Shown here: positions 41,447 through 51,856 of the stretch, piece after piece
Numbering within the stretch: position 1 is the stretch's first letter
How the letters are laid out: every line of letters starts with the position of its first letter
Source of the DNA: Oligoflexia bacterium
GTDB lineage: Bacteria; Bdellovibrionota; UBA1018; CAIPTA01; JAALKR01
Assembly (NCBI GenBank): GCA_011087955.1
Contig: JAALKR010000001.1
Span: 38,449 to 102,448 of the forward strand
DNA: 64,000 bases
Direction: 5' to 3'
Notes under the pieces: generated by a model
Databases searched by the model: none
What the model was told of the DNA's origin: nothing
The model's input: the letters and a program-made list of their open reading frames with translations, nothing else
Position numbers and translations under genes: made by a program

Positions 41447-41731
41447 CTATTTCTTCTTAAACATGGCTAAAATTCGGTTCGTAACAATGAATCCACCAAA
41501 GATATTTATTGATGCAAGAAAAACGGCAAAGAAGCCAATCACTTCAGGCCAATTAAAACCATCACCAAATGCCCCAGAAACAAGGATTGCTCCAACGATC
41601 ACAATTGCTGAAATAGCGTTCGTCACAGCCATTAGTGGAGTGTGTAGAGCCGGGGTAACTCCCCAAACTACGTGATAACCCACGAAGCAGGAAAACACGA
41701 AAACATATATTCCCATCATTGTGTCAGACAT
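41447..41731 (-). CDS. pntA: NAD(P) transhydrogenase subunit alpha part 2 (membrane)
   Basis: 94-aa 3-4 TM peptide between pntA domain I and pntB. Confidence 0.8.
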   Translation of the reverse strand: MSDTMMGIYVFVFSCFVGYHVVWGVTPALHTPLMAVTNAISAIVIVGAILVSGAFGDGFNWPEVIGFFAVFLASINIFGGFIVTNRILAMFKKK

Positions 41732-41746
41732 CCCTACACAGTCTCC

Positions 41747-42865
41747 TTACTTAGGTTGAAAACGGATTTCACCTTTATGCGCCGCCAGTGCAGCGTCAAC
41801 AATATCGTCTTCAAAATCAAATTTAATTTTCAAGCTGGAATCATCCATGTCGATGAATAACTCAAGTAAATTCACTAAATTATTTGAAAAGAATGTACTG
41901 GAGTCACTCGCTACAAGGGCGGGGTAATTAGTATGTCCCACAATTGTTACTCCATACTTTTGAATAACTTGATCTACCTCACTTAGAGGACAATTGCCAC
42001 CATTGGCTGTGGCCATATCAACAATTACAGACCCAGTGCGCATGGCTTTCACCGTTTCACCTAAGACTAACTCTGGGGCTTTCCTCCCTGGAATATTTGC
42101 GGTAGTAACAACTATATCAAATCCCTTAAGTTTCTCTTGCAATTGATCTTGTTGCTTCTTTTTGGCTTCAGCAGAAAGTTCTTTTGCATAGCCACCTTCA
42201 CCGGAGCCACTCTCATCAATATCAATTTGGATTACTTTTGCGCCCAATGATTCAATTTGCTCTACCACTTCCGGGCGAACATCATAAGCTTCTACGTTTG
42301 CACCCAGACGTCGAGCCGTAGCGATAGCTTGCAGTCCGGCTACACCCACACCAAGCACAGCCAACTTGGCCGGCTTTGCCATACCTGCTGAAGTCATCAT
42401 CATCGGCACAAATTTTTGGTAGTGAAGAGCTGCTTCTACTACCGCTCGATAGCCCGCAATATTAGCTTGTGAAGAGAGCACATCCATTGATTGTGCGCGA
42501 GAAGTTCTTGGAATTAATTCTAATGCTACTGCTGAAACATTCATTTCGGCCATGGCACACGTAGTTTCTGGCGCTAAATATGAGTTCAGCAAAGACATGT
42601 ATAGAGTGTGCGGCTTTAAGAGTTTAATTTCATCTGTGGTCGGAGGATGAATTTTGAAAACTATATCGCAAGCAAATGCATCTTCTCGACTACAGGTCTC
42701 AACGCCTGCCGCTGTAAGGTCGGCGTCAGAAAGGCTAGCGGAAATTGCAGCGCCAGACTCAACAAGTATAGAGAATCCCTTCTTTTTCAGTTTCTTGATT
42801 GCCTGTAGGCTAATTGCCACTCGCGTTTCTCTAGCTTGGCTTTCCTTTGGAATTCCGACCTTCAT
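41747..42865 (-). CDS. pntA: NAD(P) transhydrogenase subunit alpha part 1 (AlaDH/PNT domain)
   Basis: 372 aa, Rossmann GVGVAGLQA NAD-binding motif. Confidence 0.9.
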   Translation of the reverse strand: MKVGIPKESQARETRVAISLQAIKKLKKKGFSILVESGAAISASLSDADLTAAGVETCSREDAFACDIVFKIHPPTTDEIKLLKPHTLYMSLLNSYLAPETTCAMAEMNVSAVALELIPRTSRAQSMDVLSSQANIAGYRAVVEAALHYQKFVPMMMTSAGMAKPAKLAVLGVGVAGLQAIATARRLGANVEAYDVRPEVVEQIESLGAKVIQIDIDESGSGEGGYAKELSAEAKKKQQDQLQEKLKGFDIVVTTANIPGRKAPELVLGETVKAMRTGSVIVDMATANGGNCPLSEVDQVIQKYGVTIVGHTNYPALVASDSSTFFSNNLVNLLELFIDMDDSSLKIKFDFEDDIVDAALAAHKGEIRFQPK

Positions 42866-42967
42866 GTTACCTCTATAAAATTTTTGACCTATGCCACTTT
42901 TATAACGCTATCTGTTGGAATTTGCAGGTCAATTTTTGACGTGAAGACAAGAATAAATCAATCTATT

Positions 42968-43741
42968 TTAGTCAGTTACATTTGACGCGAATGCTTCTGG
43001 GATAGCGGCAGCCGTGCGTTGAAAAACGGACTCATCACCCGGGCGCCCCGGAGAAACCCAAGCCCAAGCACAAATCATATCTTTCTCTCGTGTGTTCTCA
43101 AATTGAGGCAAGCAAGCAACCAGCAATCCACGACGATCCTTATGATTTCCACGAACAGCGGTTTCCAATTTGTGATGCCAGTTCGAAAACTCTTCCAAGT
43201 AGATTATTTCCGAATATGCTTTGCTCGATAGTCCAAATTTTTTAATTTCATAGGCACGTTTAGAGGCAAAATCAGTCAGATTAGAAATCGGGTGAGGAAT
43301 TTCCTTCATTCTATCTTCATGCTCAAATTCAATCTCGCAAACACCCAACAGTTTTTCTAACTCAGCCTCAATATCTTGGTCACCCTCTAAGCCAGTTCGA
43401 ATTTTAAGTAAGACTTCGGCTGCCGCAGGGCCATTGCGAATAGCGTGCGAACCAATGGCTATTTTCCCAAAGCAATTTGACAGCTCGATAATTGTCTTTT
43501 GCTGGGCTTCAGAACACTCGATGATTTTTGCCAACCCCTTTAAGGAATGAGTAAAGTCATATAGAGGCTCCCAGTTTGGAAGATAGGAGGCAATCTCCGG
43601 AAGGTTTTGCATCCGTCGTGCCGTCTCTTCTAAAGCTTCCAATAAGCTAGGAAGTCGATCCGTGTAGGTAGGTAAATTAGTGCTAGTTTCCGTTATGCTT
43701 GGATCTGCGGATGACTTTGCCATTGCGTAGTCCCTTTTCAT
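42968..43741 (-). CDS. hypothetical protein with Hpt-like (histidine phosphotransfer) motif
   Basis: FTHSLKGLAKIIECSE resembles Hpt HxxKG helix; real start may be 43723. Confidence 0.4.
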   Translation of the reverse strand: MKRDYAMAKSSADPSITETSTNLPTYTDRLPSLLEALEETARRMQNLPEIASYLPNWEPLYDFTHSLKGLAKIIECSEAQQKTIIELSNCFGKIAIGSHAIRNGPAAAEVLLKIRTGLEGDQDIEAELEKLLGVCEIEFEHEDRMKEIPHPISNLTDFASKRAYEIKKFGLSSKAYSEIIYLEEFSNWHHKLETAVRGNHKDRRGLLVACLPQFENTREKDMICAWAWVSPGRPGDESVFQRTAAAIPEAFASNVTD

Positions 43742-44069
43742 TCATCTTGGAGCGCAGTTCCTCTAATGCCTTAATGAGTCTCTCGTTCTTTTCCAGGTGT
43801 TTTGAGCCTGTCTTACTTAGCTTCCGCGAACCCACTACATGGGGTTTCGACGACTCGGCAATTGCGTCTGGTGCAAATACATCGAAGTTACTCTCGGTAC
43901 GAGTAACGGTGGATAATGAATCAGTGGACAATGAATCGGTCACTATAGCATCCAGAGTATTAAACTGAGCCAACCTCTGACTCTGGGATCCACTCATTAT
44001 CTGGGGTTCGCTCATTATACACTCCAAGAGCTGAATGCTAAACTCAAGCGACTCACTATTGCTACTCAA
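43683..44069 (-). CDS. hypothetical small basic/Ser-rich protein
   Basis: 128 aa, disordered; 4-bp overlap with upstream ORF; internal DSLSTDSLST tandem repeat. Confidence 0.4.
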   Translation of the reverse strand: MSSNSESLEFSIQLLECIMSEPQIMSGSQSQRLAQFNTLDAIVTDSLSTDSLSTVTRTESNFDVFAPDAIAESSKPHVVGSRKLSKTGSKHLEKNERLIKALEELRSKMNEKGLRNGKVIRRSKHNGN

Positions 44070-44506
44070 ACACCATCCTCCAACGAGGCATACGATATGC
44101 TCTTATTGTTTAGCGAGGACTTAATGTTCTTCGCAATATCCTCAGGCCAAGTCGCATCCACAAAGCAAACTTCATCAACTTGTAATTTTTCTAGCGACTC
44201 AATGATCGACTCAACATCTTGATCATTGAATTCATCATTCTTTGAAGTGTAAATAAGTAAATTCGATTCCCCTAAGTGACGCTGAGATGGAATCATCGTT
44301 ATGCTTCCCTCTTTCAATACTTTGGATCGCACGAGGCGAGAAACTTGGCCATGCAATCGCCAATCAAAATAGCCTAGTGGCCCTTCCATTGTTTCTCCCG
44401 CTTCGGATCCGTTCGTGCGTTTAAAGGCCGCAAAAAGCCAGCGATGCTTGGAATTATCCAGCTTCAGCTTTAGAGATTCTAAGCTTTTTCGATCCAAGCG
44501 AGCCAT
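44066..44506 (-). CDS. hypothetical protein (alpha/beta fold predicted)
   Basis: 146 aa, beta-alpha-beta pattern LLIYTS...IIESLEKL...EVCFVD; translationally coupled to downstream ORF. Confidence 0.45.
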   Translation of the reverse strand: MARLDRKSLESLKLKLDNSKHRWLFAAFKRTNGSEAGETMEGPLGYFDWRLHGQVSRLVRSKVLKEGSITMIPSQRHLGESNLLIYTSKNDEFNDQDVESIIESLEKLQVDEVCFVDATWPEDIAKNIKSSLNNKSISYASLEDGV

Positions 44507-44541
44507 GTCTTGATTGTAGCGTGTAAGGAGCTAAGGAGCAA

Positions 44542-44991
44542 TTATTGTCGTACTTTATCTGGGTTCTTTGGTAAAGACTTCCAAATTTGATCGAGGATTC
44601 CATTAATAAAGGCTCCAGATTCATCCGTCCCATATCGCTTAGCAATTTCCACGGCCTCATTGATAGATACTGAACTAGGCACATCATTCAAAGAAGTGAG
44701 TTCAAATAAGGCCAAACGCAGAATATTTCGGTCGACTACAGCCATTCGTTCTAGCTTCCAATGCTCACTCTGCTTGGCAATTAAGTGGTTGAACTCAGAA
44801 TAATGCTCTAACGTGCCCTTAATCAGGACAAATAAGAAGCTCTCGTCCGTCGCGGACCTCTGCATAAATGACTCATAAAAGAAGTTGAGAAGATGGCCCA
44901 CAAACCCATCATCGATGGATTCGGGAATTTTCGTCCCATCAATACTATACAAAATTTGCATTGCCGCTTCACGCGACTTTCGCCTACGCAT
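44542..44991 (-). CDS. nusB: transcription antitermination factor NusB
   Basis: MRRRKSREAAMQILYSID... NusB signature. Confidence 0.9.
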   Translation of the reverse strand: MRRRKSREAAMQILYSIDGTKIPESIDDGFVGHLLNFFYESFMQRSATDESFLFVLIKGTLEHYSEFNHLIAKQSEHWKLERMAVVDRNILRLALFELTSLNDVPSSVSINEAVEIAKRYGTDESGAFINGILDQIWKSLPKNPDKVRQ

Positions 44992-45012
44992 ATGTCTACC
45001 TATGAAAACAAG

Positions 45013-46314
45013 TTATTTATAAATTGGAAATTTTTCGCATAACTGGTTCACGCTCTGAGAAATTTCAGCCTTGAGCGCATCGTCTATTTCACGATTTTTG
45101 CCTTCTTTGCTCTCTAAATGGTTGCAAGCTTGGTTAATCCAGCTTGCAATTTGCTGCATCTCTGGCTCTTTCATTCCGCGAGTGGTAACTGCCGGTGAGC
45201 CGATACGGATTCCACTTGTTACAAATGGAGAGCGAGTCTCAAAAGGAATAGTGTTTTTATTGACTGTAATATGAACTGAGTCCAATGCCTTTTCTACTTC
45301 CTTCCCCGTTAGGCCCTTGGCGCCAACATCTAACAAAACCAGGTGGTTTTCCGTTCCTCCTGAAACCAGGCGAAGTCCATCTTTGGAAAGTTCAGTGGAT
45401 AGTGCTTGCGCATTCTTAATAGTTTGCGCTTGGTAGTCTTTAAACTCAGGGCGAAGCGCCTCACCAAAGGCGGCGGCTTTAGCCAAGATTGTGTGCATTA
45501 ATGGTCCGCCTTGCAAGCCTGGGAATATGACAGAGTTAATTTTCTTTTCATGTTCCATTTTTGCTAAAATGACTCCACCGCGAGGTCCGCGCAAAGTCTT
45601 ATGTGTAGTGCTAGTAACAAAGTCTGCGTGAGGAATTGGAGATGGGTGTAGTCCAGCCGCCACAAGGCCTGCAATATGAGCCATATCTACTAAGAGGCAC
45701 GCACCCACGTCCTTTGCGATAGCTCCAAGACATTCGAAGTCCCACTGGTAGGCATATGCACTAGCGCCACCAATGATCATCTTTGGCCTTAAGGATTTTG
45801 CCCGCTCATGAATTGCATCATAATCGAGTTTTTCTGTTTCTTGATTCACCTGATAGTGGTGCGCCTCATAGAGCTTGCCCGAAAAGTTCACTGAAGATCC
45901 ATGAGTTAAGTGGCCACCATGGCTTAAGTCTAACCCGAGAATTTTGTCTCCCGGCTCTAGGAAGGCGAGGTATACTCCCATATTTGCTGAGGCTCCGCTA
46001 TGGGCTTGCACATTAGCCATATATGGAGTTTCGGAATCATTGCCGCAATTATAGAGTTTTCTTAGCCGGTCCTTGGCTAAATTTTCGCCGATATCCACAT
46101 ACTGACAACCACCGTAATAACGCTTACCTGGATATCCTTCCGCATATTTATTCGTTAGGACAGAACCCATTGCCGCCATTACAGCTGCAGAGGCATAATT
46201 TTCTGAAGCAATTAACTCGAGTCCAGTTTCCTGACGATCTAATTCTTGAGTAAGCACAGAAAAAGCTTCTGGATCTTGTTCCTGTAAGAAGCTAGGCGCT
46301 AAATAGTGAAACAT
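45013..46314 (-). CDS. glyA: serine hydroxymethyltransferase
   Basis: PLP-binding [15 protein letters not shown] motif. Confidence 0.95.
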   Translation of the reverse strand: MFHYLAPSFLQEQDPEAFSVLTQELDRQETGLELIASENYASAAVMAAMGSVLTNKYAEGYPGKRYYGGCQYVDIGENLAKDRLRKLYNCGNDSETPYMANVQAHSGASANMGVYLAFLEPGDKILGLDLSHGGHLTHGSSVNFSGKLYEAHHYQVNQETEKLDYDAIHERAKSLRPKMIIGGASAYAYQWDFECLGAIAKDVGACLLVDMAHIAGLVAAGLHPSPIPHADFVTSTTHKTLRGPRGGVILAKMEHEKKINSVIFPGLQGGPLMHTILAKAAAFGEALRPEFKDYQAQTIKNAQALSTELSKDGLRLVSGGTENHLVLLDVGAKGLTGKEVEKALDSVHITVNKNTIPFETRSPFVTSGIRIGSPAVTTRGMKEPEMQQIASWINQACNHLESKEGKNREIDDALKAEISQSVNQLCEKFPIYK

Positions 46315-46772
46315 TATTTTTCCTCCAACGCGTGGATCTTACCAATTCTTCGCTTGTGGCGAGATTTAACCCCCTCATCGCCATCTCCACCAAGATTAGA
46401 ATCTAACCAGGTTCGAACCATTAAAAGAGCATTTTCAGAACCGGTAACACGTTCACCGATACAAAGAACGTTCGCGTCATTGTGCTCTTTCGCCATGCGC
46501 GCGGTAAAGATCGACTCAACGTGAGCCGCCCGAATTCCTTTGTATTTGTTGGCCGCAAGGCTCATTCCAATTCCAGTTCCACAGATGAGAATACCTAGAT
46601 CCGCTTTTCCTTCCCGAACAGCTAAGCAAACCTTTTCTGCAAAGTCAGGGTAGTCCACAGACTCAGAACCCTCGGTCCCAAAATTTTCAAATACATGACC
46701 TTTCACATTATTATGAAGAAAGTCTTTCAGTACACGCCCTGCGTGATCCGATCCGATCGCGATATTCGCCAT
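46314..46772 (-). CDS. rpiB: ribose-5-phosphate isomerase B
   Basis: [18 protein letters not shown] and [14 protein letters not shown] RpiB/LacAB motifs. Confidence 0.9.
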   Translation of the reverse strand: MANIAIGSDHAGRVLKDFLHNNVKGHVFENFGTEGSESVDYPDFAEKVCLAVREGKADLGILICGTGIGMSLAANKYKGIRAAHVESIFTARMAKEHNDANVLCIGERVTGSENALLMVRTWLDSNLGGDGDEGVKSRHKRRIGKIHALEEK

Positions 46773-46810
46773 GGAAATCTCCTATTGGTTTTACAGACTC
46801 AAGTCCGCAA

Positions 46811-48082
46811 TTAGACTTTTGAAAAAACTAAACTAGCGTTCGTGCCACCGAAGCCGAAGCTATTATTCATTACCACCGAACAATCTTTCCGGATCGCTTC
46901 GTTTGCAGCGTAGTTCAAGCGGCATTGTTCATCTTGGTTATCGAGATTAATGGTCGGTGGAATATCACTGGTTTCCATTACCTTCAACGAGACACAGGAT
47001 TCCAGTCCACCAGCTCCACCAAGCAAATGCCCAGTCATAGATTTAGTGGACGCCATGATAAGTTCTTTTGCGTGTGCGCCAAATAGTTGCTCAACCGCCA
47101 AGGACTCAGCAATATCTCCCATTGGTGTGGAAGTGCCATGTGCATTAATATAGTCAACTGAGTCTGGATCAATCTTTCCATGAGACAGAGCAAGCCTCAT
47201 ACAATCGCGGGCGCCTCTTCCGTCTGCACAAGGGGCAGTCATATGGTTCGCGTCCGAGTTTGTCGCGTAACCTGCAACCTCACCATAGATGCGCGCTCCA
47301 CGTTTTTTAGCATGCTCATAATCTTCGAGAATTAAAACTCCAGCACCTTCGCCGATCACAAAGCCATCACGATCCTTATCAAACGGTCGGGAAGCTTTTT
47401 CTGGTTCATCATTGCGCACACTCAATGCTTTCATTGAAGCAAAGCCACCAACACCGGTCCAGCCAATAGCCGCTTCACATCCACCGGCAATCATTACATC
47501 AGCATCACCGCGAGAGATCAGCATCGCAGACTCACCAATACTATGAGTGCCAGTCGCACAAGCCGAAGCGATACAAGCATTATGCCCTTGCACGTTTAGC
47601 ATAATGGAAAGGTGTCCACTAGTAAGGTTGGGAATCACTGCTGGAATGAAAAAAGGAGATATTCGCTGAGGCCCCTTCTTCAGAACTAAGTCAACAGCCT
47701 TTTCAATGGTCGGTAAGCCACCCATTCCGGAGCTAACATAAACGCCAACTCTTGTAGGCTCTAGACCGGTTTCATCAGTTCGACCTTTAAATCCCGCGTC
47801 TTCCCAAGCTTGCATCGTTGCCTCAATGCCTAGGAGGATAAAGCGTCCCATCTTCTTTTGCTCTTTGGGAGAAATATATTTACTGGAATCAAAGCCTTTC
47901 ACTTCACAAGCAAAGCGAACTGAAAAGTCCGAAGGGTCGAAAAGAGTAATACCAGCCGCACCAGATCTGCCGGCAAGAAGGTTCTCCCACGTCTCGTCAA
48001 TGTTAAGACCCAAAGGAGTGATAGCACCCATTCCGGTGACCATCACCCGTCGCTGTTGATTTGGCCAATTAGCAAGGCTCAT
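46811..48082 (-). CDS. fabF: 3-oxoacyl-ACP synthase II
   Basis: active-site Cys context ACATGTHSIGE, KSxxGHxxGAAG. Confidence 0.95.
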   Translation of the reverse strand: MSLANWPNQQRRVMVTGMGAITPLGLNIDETWENLLAGRSGAAGITLFDPSDFSVRFACEVKGFDSSKYISPKEQKKMGRFILLGIEATMQAWEDAGFKGRTDETGLEPTRVGVYVSSGMGGLPTIEKAVDLVLKKGPQRISPFFIPAVIPNLTSGHLSIMLNVQGHNACIASACATGTHSIGESAMLISRGDADVMIAGGCEAAIGWTGVGGFASMKALSVRNDEPEKASRPFDKDRDGFVIGEGAGVLILEDYEHAKKRGARIYGEVAGYATNSDANHMTAPCADGRGARDCMRLALSHGKIDPDSVDYINAHGTSTPMGDIAESLAVEQLFGAHAKELIMASTKSMTGHLLGGAGGLESCVSLKVMETSDIPPTINLDNQDEQCRLNYAANEAIRKDCSVVMNNSFGFGGTNASLVFSKV

Positions 48083-48117
48083 AGTTTGCTCGCCTCGTGC
48101 TTGGTTACGTTAGCTTT

Positions 48118-48357
48118 TTAGCTAGCGTTCTTTTTTTCTTTGATGTACATGACGACGTCGCCAACAGTCTTCATTTTTTCGGCGTCTTCATCCGGAATAT
48201 CGAGTTCAAACTCCTCTTCCATTGTCATTACGAGCTCAACAATGTCGAGACTGTCCGCACCCAAATCGTCAATAAAAGATGCAGTTCCTGTTACTTTTTC
48301 TGTTTCAACCGCAAGCTGGTCACAAATGATGTTTTTCACTCGATCTTGAATATCCAT
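48118..48357 (-). CDS. acpP: acyl carrier protein
   Basis: [14 protein letters not shown] phosphopantetheine site. Confidence 0.95.
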   Translation of the reverse strand: MDIQDRVKNIICDQLAVETEKVTGTASFIDDLGADSLDIVELVMTMEEEFELDIPDEDAEKMKTVGDVVMYIKEKKNAS

Positions 48358-48445
48358 AGATACCTATCCTACTATTATTGAACACCTTAACTGGTCCTAA
48401 GACTAGACTTCTTAACACCTCTTTTTAGAGCTGCAAACTAAAACT

Positions 48446-49234
48446 TTACATATAGAGGCCGCCGTTGATGCCAATAACTTGACCGGTCACATAAGCAGAT
48501 CTTAATGATGCAAGCCATAAAGTGGCTTCGGCTATATCCTCGACAGACCCAAACCTTCTCAAAGCGATATTATCCGCCATCGCTTTCCTTGCATCTTCAG
48601 GCAATTGATTGGTCATGTCCGTCTCGATAAAGCCGGGTGCTATGACGTTTACACGCACACCCCTGGAGCCCAATTCACGGGCAGCTGATTTTGAAAAACC
48701 AATAATTCCAGCTTTTGAAGCACAGTAGGAGCCTTGACCCGAGTTACCCATTTGAGCAACGACCGAACTCATATTGACGATAGATCCAGCTCGAGCCTTC
48801 ATCATCGCCTTTGTAACTGCTTTCGTCATAAGGAAGGTGCCTTTAAGGTTTGTTTCTAAGACTGTGTCCCAATCTTCTGCGGAATGTCGAAGCATGAGGT
48901 TATCGCGAGTAATCCCTGCGTTGTTGACCAAAATATCGACTTTACCTTGGTCTGCTAGAACGGATTGAACTGCATCATTTACCAGCGCTTCATTGGCCAC
49001 GGAAAACGCACGAACCGCGCCTCCGGCGGAAGCTGGTGCAATGCCTTCTGCCTTCATGCCCTCGATCTCTTTTAATACTTCCTCGGCTTTAGCCGTATTG
49101 CTAGCACAATTTAGTAAAACCCAAGCTCCTTCCCGAGCTAGTCGCAAAGCAACCGCTCGCCCGATTCCGCGAGAGGCTCCTGTAACAATCGCTGTTTTCC
49201 CTTCAAGTTCCCATTGAGTATTTACTGTCATCAT
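48446..49234 (-). CDS. fabG: 3-oxoacyl-ACP reductase
   Basis: SDR: TGASRGIG, NNAG, YxxxK (YCASKAG). Confidence 0.9.
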   Translation of the reverse strand: MMTVNTQWELEGKTAIVTGASRGIGRAVALRLAREGAWVLLNCASNTAKAEEVLKEIEGMKAEGIAPASAGGAVRAFSVANEALVNDAVQSVLADQGKVDILVNNAGITRDNLMLRHSAEDWDTVLETNLKGTFLMTKAVTKAMMKARAGSIVNMSSVVAQMGNSGQGSYCASKAGIIGFSKSAARELGSRGVRVNVIAPGFIETDMTNQLPEDARKAMADNIALRRFGSVEDIAEATLWLASLRSAYVTGQVIGINGGLYM

Positions 49235-49240
49235 AAACTC

Positions 49241-50227
49241 CTAGAATCGTATCAATGAGGCTGCCGACGTTAATCCACCACCGAATGTTGCAAATAAAAC
49301 TAAGTCACCGCGCTGTACCCGGCCTTCGCGAACAGCTTCGTCAAATACCGTCGGGCAAGTCGCTGCGCTAGTATTACCGTATTTGTGTACATTAAGGAAA
49401 GTTTTCTCCATCGGTATCTCTAGCTTTTTATTGATGGCTTCAATAATGCGAATATTGGCTTGGTGTGGAACAAACCACGTAATGTCATCCACCATATAGT
49501 CGCTCTCTTTCAATACTTCGCAGCAACGATCGACTAAAGCTCGGACTGCAAATTTAAAAACTTCCCGACCATTCATTGCAATGTATTGACCTGGTTGCCC
49601 TAAACGCTCTTCAGTCACGGGGAATCGAGACCCGCCGAAACGAATATCCAGGATGCTTTCATAATTCCCATCGGATAACATTTTCGTTGAGTAGATACGA
49701 CTTTCTTCATTTTTTTCTGCACGACTAATTACAGTTGCTCCTGCCCCATCGCCGAACAGAACGCATGTATTGCGATCGTTCCAGTTTATAAATCGAGATA
49801 GGGCTTCCGCACCAATAACTAAAATATTTTTATAAGCTCCTGTGCGGATAAACTGATCTGCAACGGATAGCCCAAGCACCCAACCAGCGCAAGCTGCGTT
49901 CAAGTCAAAAGCAACTGCATTCTTTGCCCCGATCTTTGGTTGCATTATGCAAGCAGTTGCAGGAAGAATTTTGTCTGGGGTGTTTGTGCAGTAAAGAATA
50001 AGCCCGACATCCTCTGCCGATAAACCAGCCATTTCTAGCGCTTTCTTGGAGGCCGCCGCGCCAAGATCGGAATTCTCCTCCCCTTCGGAAACCTTTCTCC
50101 GCGTTAGAATTCCTGTCCGCTCCCGAATCCACTCATCGGAAGTGTCAACCACCTTCTCTAACTCGTGATTGCTCAATTCTTGTTCGGGAAAAGCAGAACC
50201 AGTCCCAAGAATTTTTGTATTATACAT
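49241..50227 (-). CDS. fabH: 3-oxoacyl-ACP synthase III
   Basis: Cys-His-Asn thiolase-fold motifs (AACAGW, VPHQANIRII, KYGNTSAAT). Confidence 0.9.
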   Translation of the reverse strand: MYNTKILGTGSAFPEQELSNHELEKVVDTSDEWIRERTGILTRRKVSEGEENSDLGAAASKKALEMAGLSAEDVGLILYCTNTPDKILPATACIMQPKIGAKNAVAFDLNAACAGWVLGLSVADQFIRTGAYKNILVIGAEALSRFINWNDRNTCVLFGDGAGATVISRAEKNEESRIYSTKMLSDGNYESILDIRFGGSRFPVTEERLGQPGQYIAMNGREVFKFAVRALVDRCCEVLKESDYMVDDITWFVPHQANIRIIEAINKKLEIPMEKTFLNVHKYGNTSAATCPTVFDEAVREGRVQRGDLVLFATFGGGLTSAASLIRF

Positions 50228-50277
50228 GATTGTTTTCCCTACTATTTTCCTTACTATTTTCCTTACTATTTTCCTTA
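50228..50277 (-). repeat. 4 tandem copies of 12-bp unit TAAGGAAAATAG (coding-strand sense) forming the entire plsX-fabH spacer
   Basis: minus-strand read: cagTAAGGAAAATAGTAAGGAAAATAGTAAGGAAAATAGTAGGGAAAACAATC-ATG; first TAA is plsX stop; each unit has stop codon + AGGAAA SD-like. Confidence 0.8.
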
Positions 50278-51372
50278 CTGCTTTCCTTTTCCATCGCCAG
50301 AAGCCCTATTTGCCTGCGGAGTTATATAGGGCTTAGTCTCTTCAATTATCGAGAACAATGCCTTGGGTAAATCACTTTTGGCTGCCTTTGCAGCCACTCG
50401 AATCGCGCTTTTGATCGCCTTACCGGTCGATCCACCGTGGGCAATGAAGGCGTGACCATTCACCCCCAAAAGAGGGGCCCCGCCAACCTCTGCATAGTCC
50501 ACCCGATCCTTCACACGCTTAACTGCACCCATAGCGAATAACATCCCAAAACTCGCAAATAAATCCTTTTTAATCTCCAGCTTCATAATATCAACCACCG
50601 CTGAGGCTAAACCCTCCAGCCCTTTGAGTAAGATATTTCCTGTAAACCCATCGCAGACAACCACATCGACACCACCTTGAAAGACCTCTTTACCTTCCAC
50701 ATTGCCAACAAAGGCACCTTTCTTGAGTAGTCCAGCACTATTAATGCGATTCAGAATCTCAACCGTTTCCCGGGTAAGTTCCGTGCCCTTCGAGTCTTCC
50801 TCACCATTTGACAGCACACCAATCTTACCTTTCGTGCCCTCATAGGTGAACTGATAGTACTGAGAGCCAAGCAGGGCAAACTGAGCCAATTGTGAGGCTC
50901 TACATTGTGTATTGGCACCCGCATCTACAAGTAAGAAAAAGGAGCGTATTGTCGGCAGAGTAGCTGCAATGGCCGGTCTCTCGACACCTGGAATTCGTTT
51001 CATATGCATCACTCCAGACGCCAAAATAGCTCCAGAGTTCCCAGCTGAAAGAAAGGCAGAGTTCGGATCGGCGGCAGCCATTTTCATAGCAACGTTTAAG
51101 GAGGCTTGCTTTTTATTACGAGCCGCAGTCAAAGGGTGGTCGTCCATGCGAATATACTCGGAAGTATGTTCAACACAGATGCGATCGAGTTCCTTCTCTT
51201 TTTTGGCCTTTTTTCCTTCGATTTTAAGAATCGGTAGAATTTGGTCTTGATCTCCAACTAGTACGATGCGCGCAGCAGTCTCTGAAAGTGCCGCTACCGC
51301 ACCTTCGACGTTAACCTCCGGAGCGTTGTCGCCCCCCATTGCGTCCACATAGACTGTGGGTACAATGCTCAT
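50275..51372 (-). CDS. plsX: phosphate acyltransferase PlsX
   Basis: MSIVPTVYVDAMGGDNAPE N-terminus; fab cluster context. Confidence 0.9.
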   Translation of the reverse strand: MSIVPTVYVDAMGGDNAPEVNVEGAVAALSETAARIVLVGDQDQILPILKIEGKKAKKEKELDRICVEHTSEYIRMDDHPLTAARNKKQASLNVAMKMAAADPNSAFLSAGNSGAILASGVMHMKRIPGVERPAIAATLPTIRSFFLLVDAGANTQCRASQLAQFALLGSQYYQFTYEGTKGKIGVLSNGEEDSKGTELTRETVEILNRINSAGLLKKGAFVGNVEGKEVFQGGVDVVVCDGFTGNILLKGLEGLASAVVDIMKLEIKKDLFASFGMLFAMGAVKRVKDRVDYAEVGGAPLLGVNGHAFIAHGGSTGKAIKSAIRVAAKAAKSDLPKALFSIIEETKPYITPQANRASGDGKGKQ

Positions 51373-51401
51373 CCTTCCTAATACTCTCTAACTAATTGAA
51401 A

Positions 51402-51596
51402 TTAAACGTCCTGGTTCCTTGCGTGAGCTACGGAACGGCCAGAGTAGTGACCGCAGCTTTCACAAACGCGATGCTGCCTTACCGGCGCTCCACAATTGGA
51501 GCAACTCACTGTGTTTACAGCGGAAAGCGTCCAACGATTGGAATGACGGCGTTTGTCACGGCGAGACTGCGATGTTTTCTTCTTTGGTACTGCCAT
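51402..51596 (-). CDS. rpmF: 50S ribosomal protein L32
   Basis: MAVPKKKTSQSRRDKRR...CSNCG...C zinc-ribbon L32. Confidence 0.9.
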   Translation of the reverse strand: MAVPKKKTSQSRRDKRRHSNRWTLSAVNTVSCSNCGAPVRQHRVCESCGHYSGRSVAHARNQDV

Positions 51597-51856
51597 AATG
51601 TACCGGAGCATATTTCAAAATTGGAAAAATTTCCGCAACTTTTTTGAAAAATTGACGATTTTATGTAAGGGGCTCGCGGGCAAGCTCCATCCCATCACCA
51701 AAAGTGTCAAAGTTGCTACGCGGAACAGCGAAACTTTTGCTAGGCATTATACGAATCTTTAGCAATTCCAAGAAGTCTCCTACCGTTCCCAGCTCTGCTT
51801 GCTTGCCTCTTGAGCTGCAAGGCGGTAGAATTTCAGGGAGAGACAAGGAGGTCATC

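Noticed and set aside
51612-51856. Expected yceD/DUF177 gene upstream of rpmF, and the 64-aa minus ORF at 51661..51855
   Set aside because: The gap is too small for YceD. The 64-aa ORF has no Cys-rich DUF177 signature. The region more likely holds divergent promoters for rpmF and the PilZ gene.
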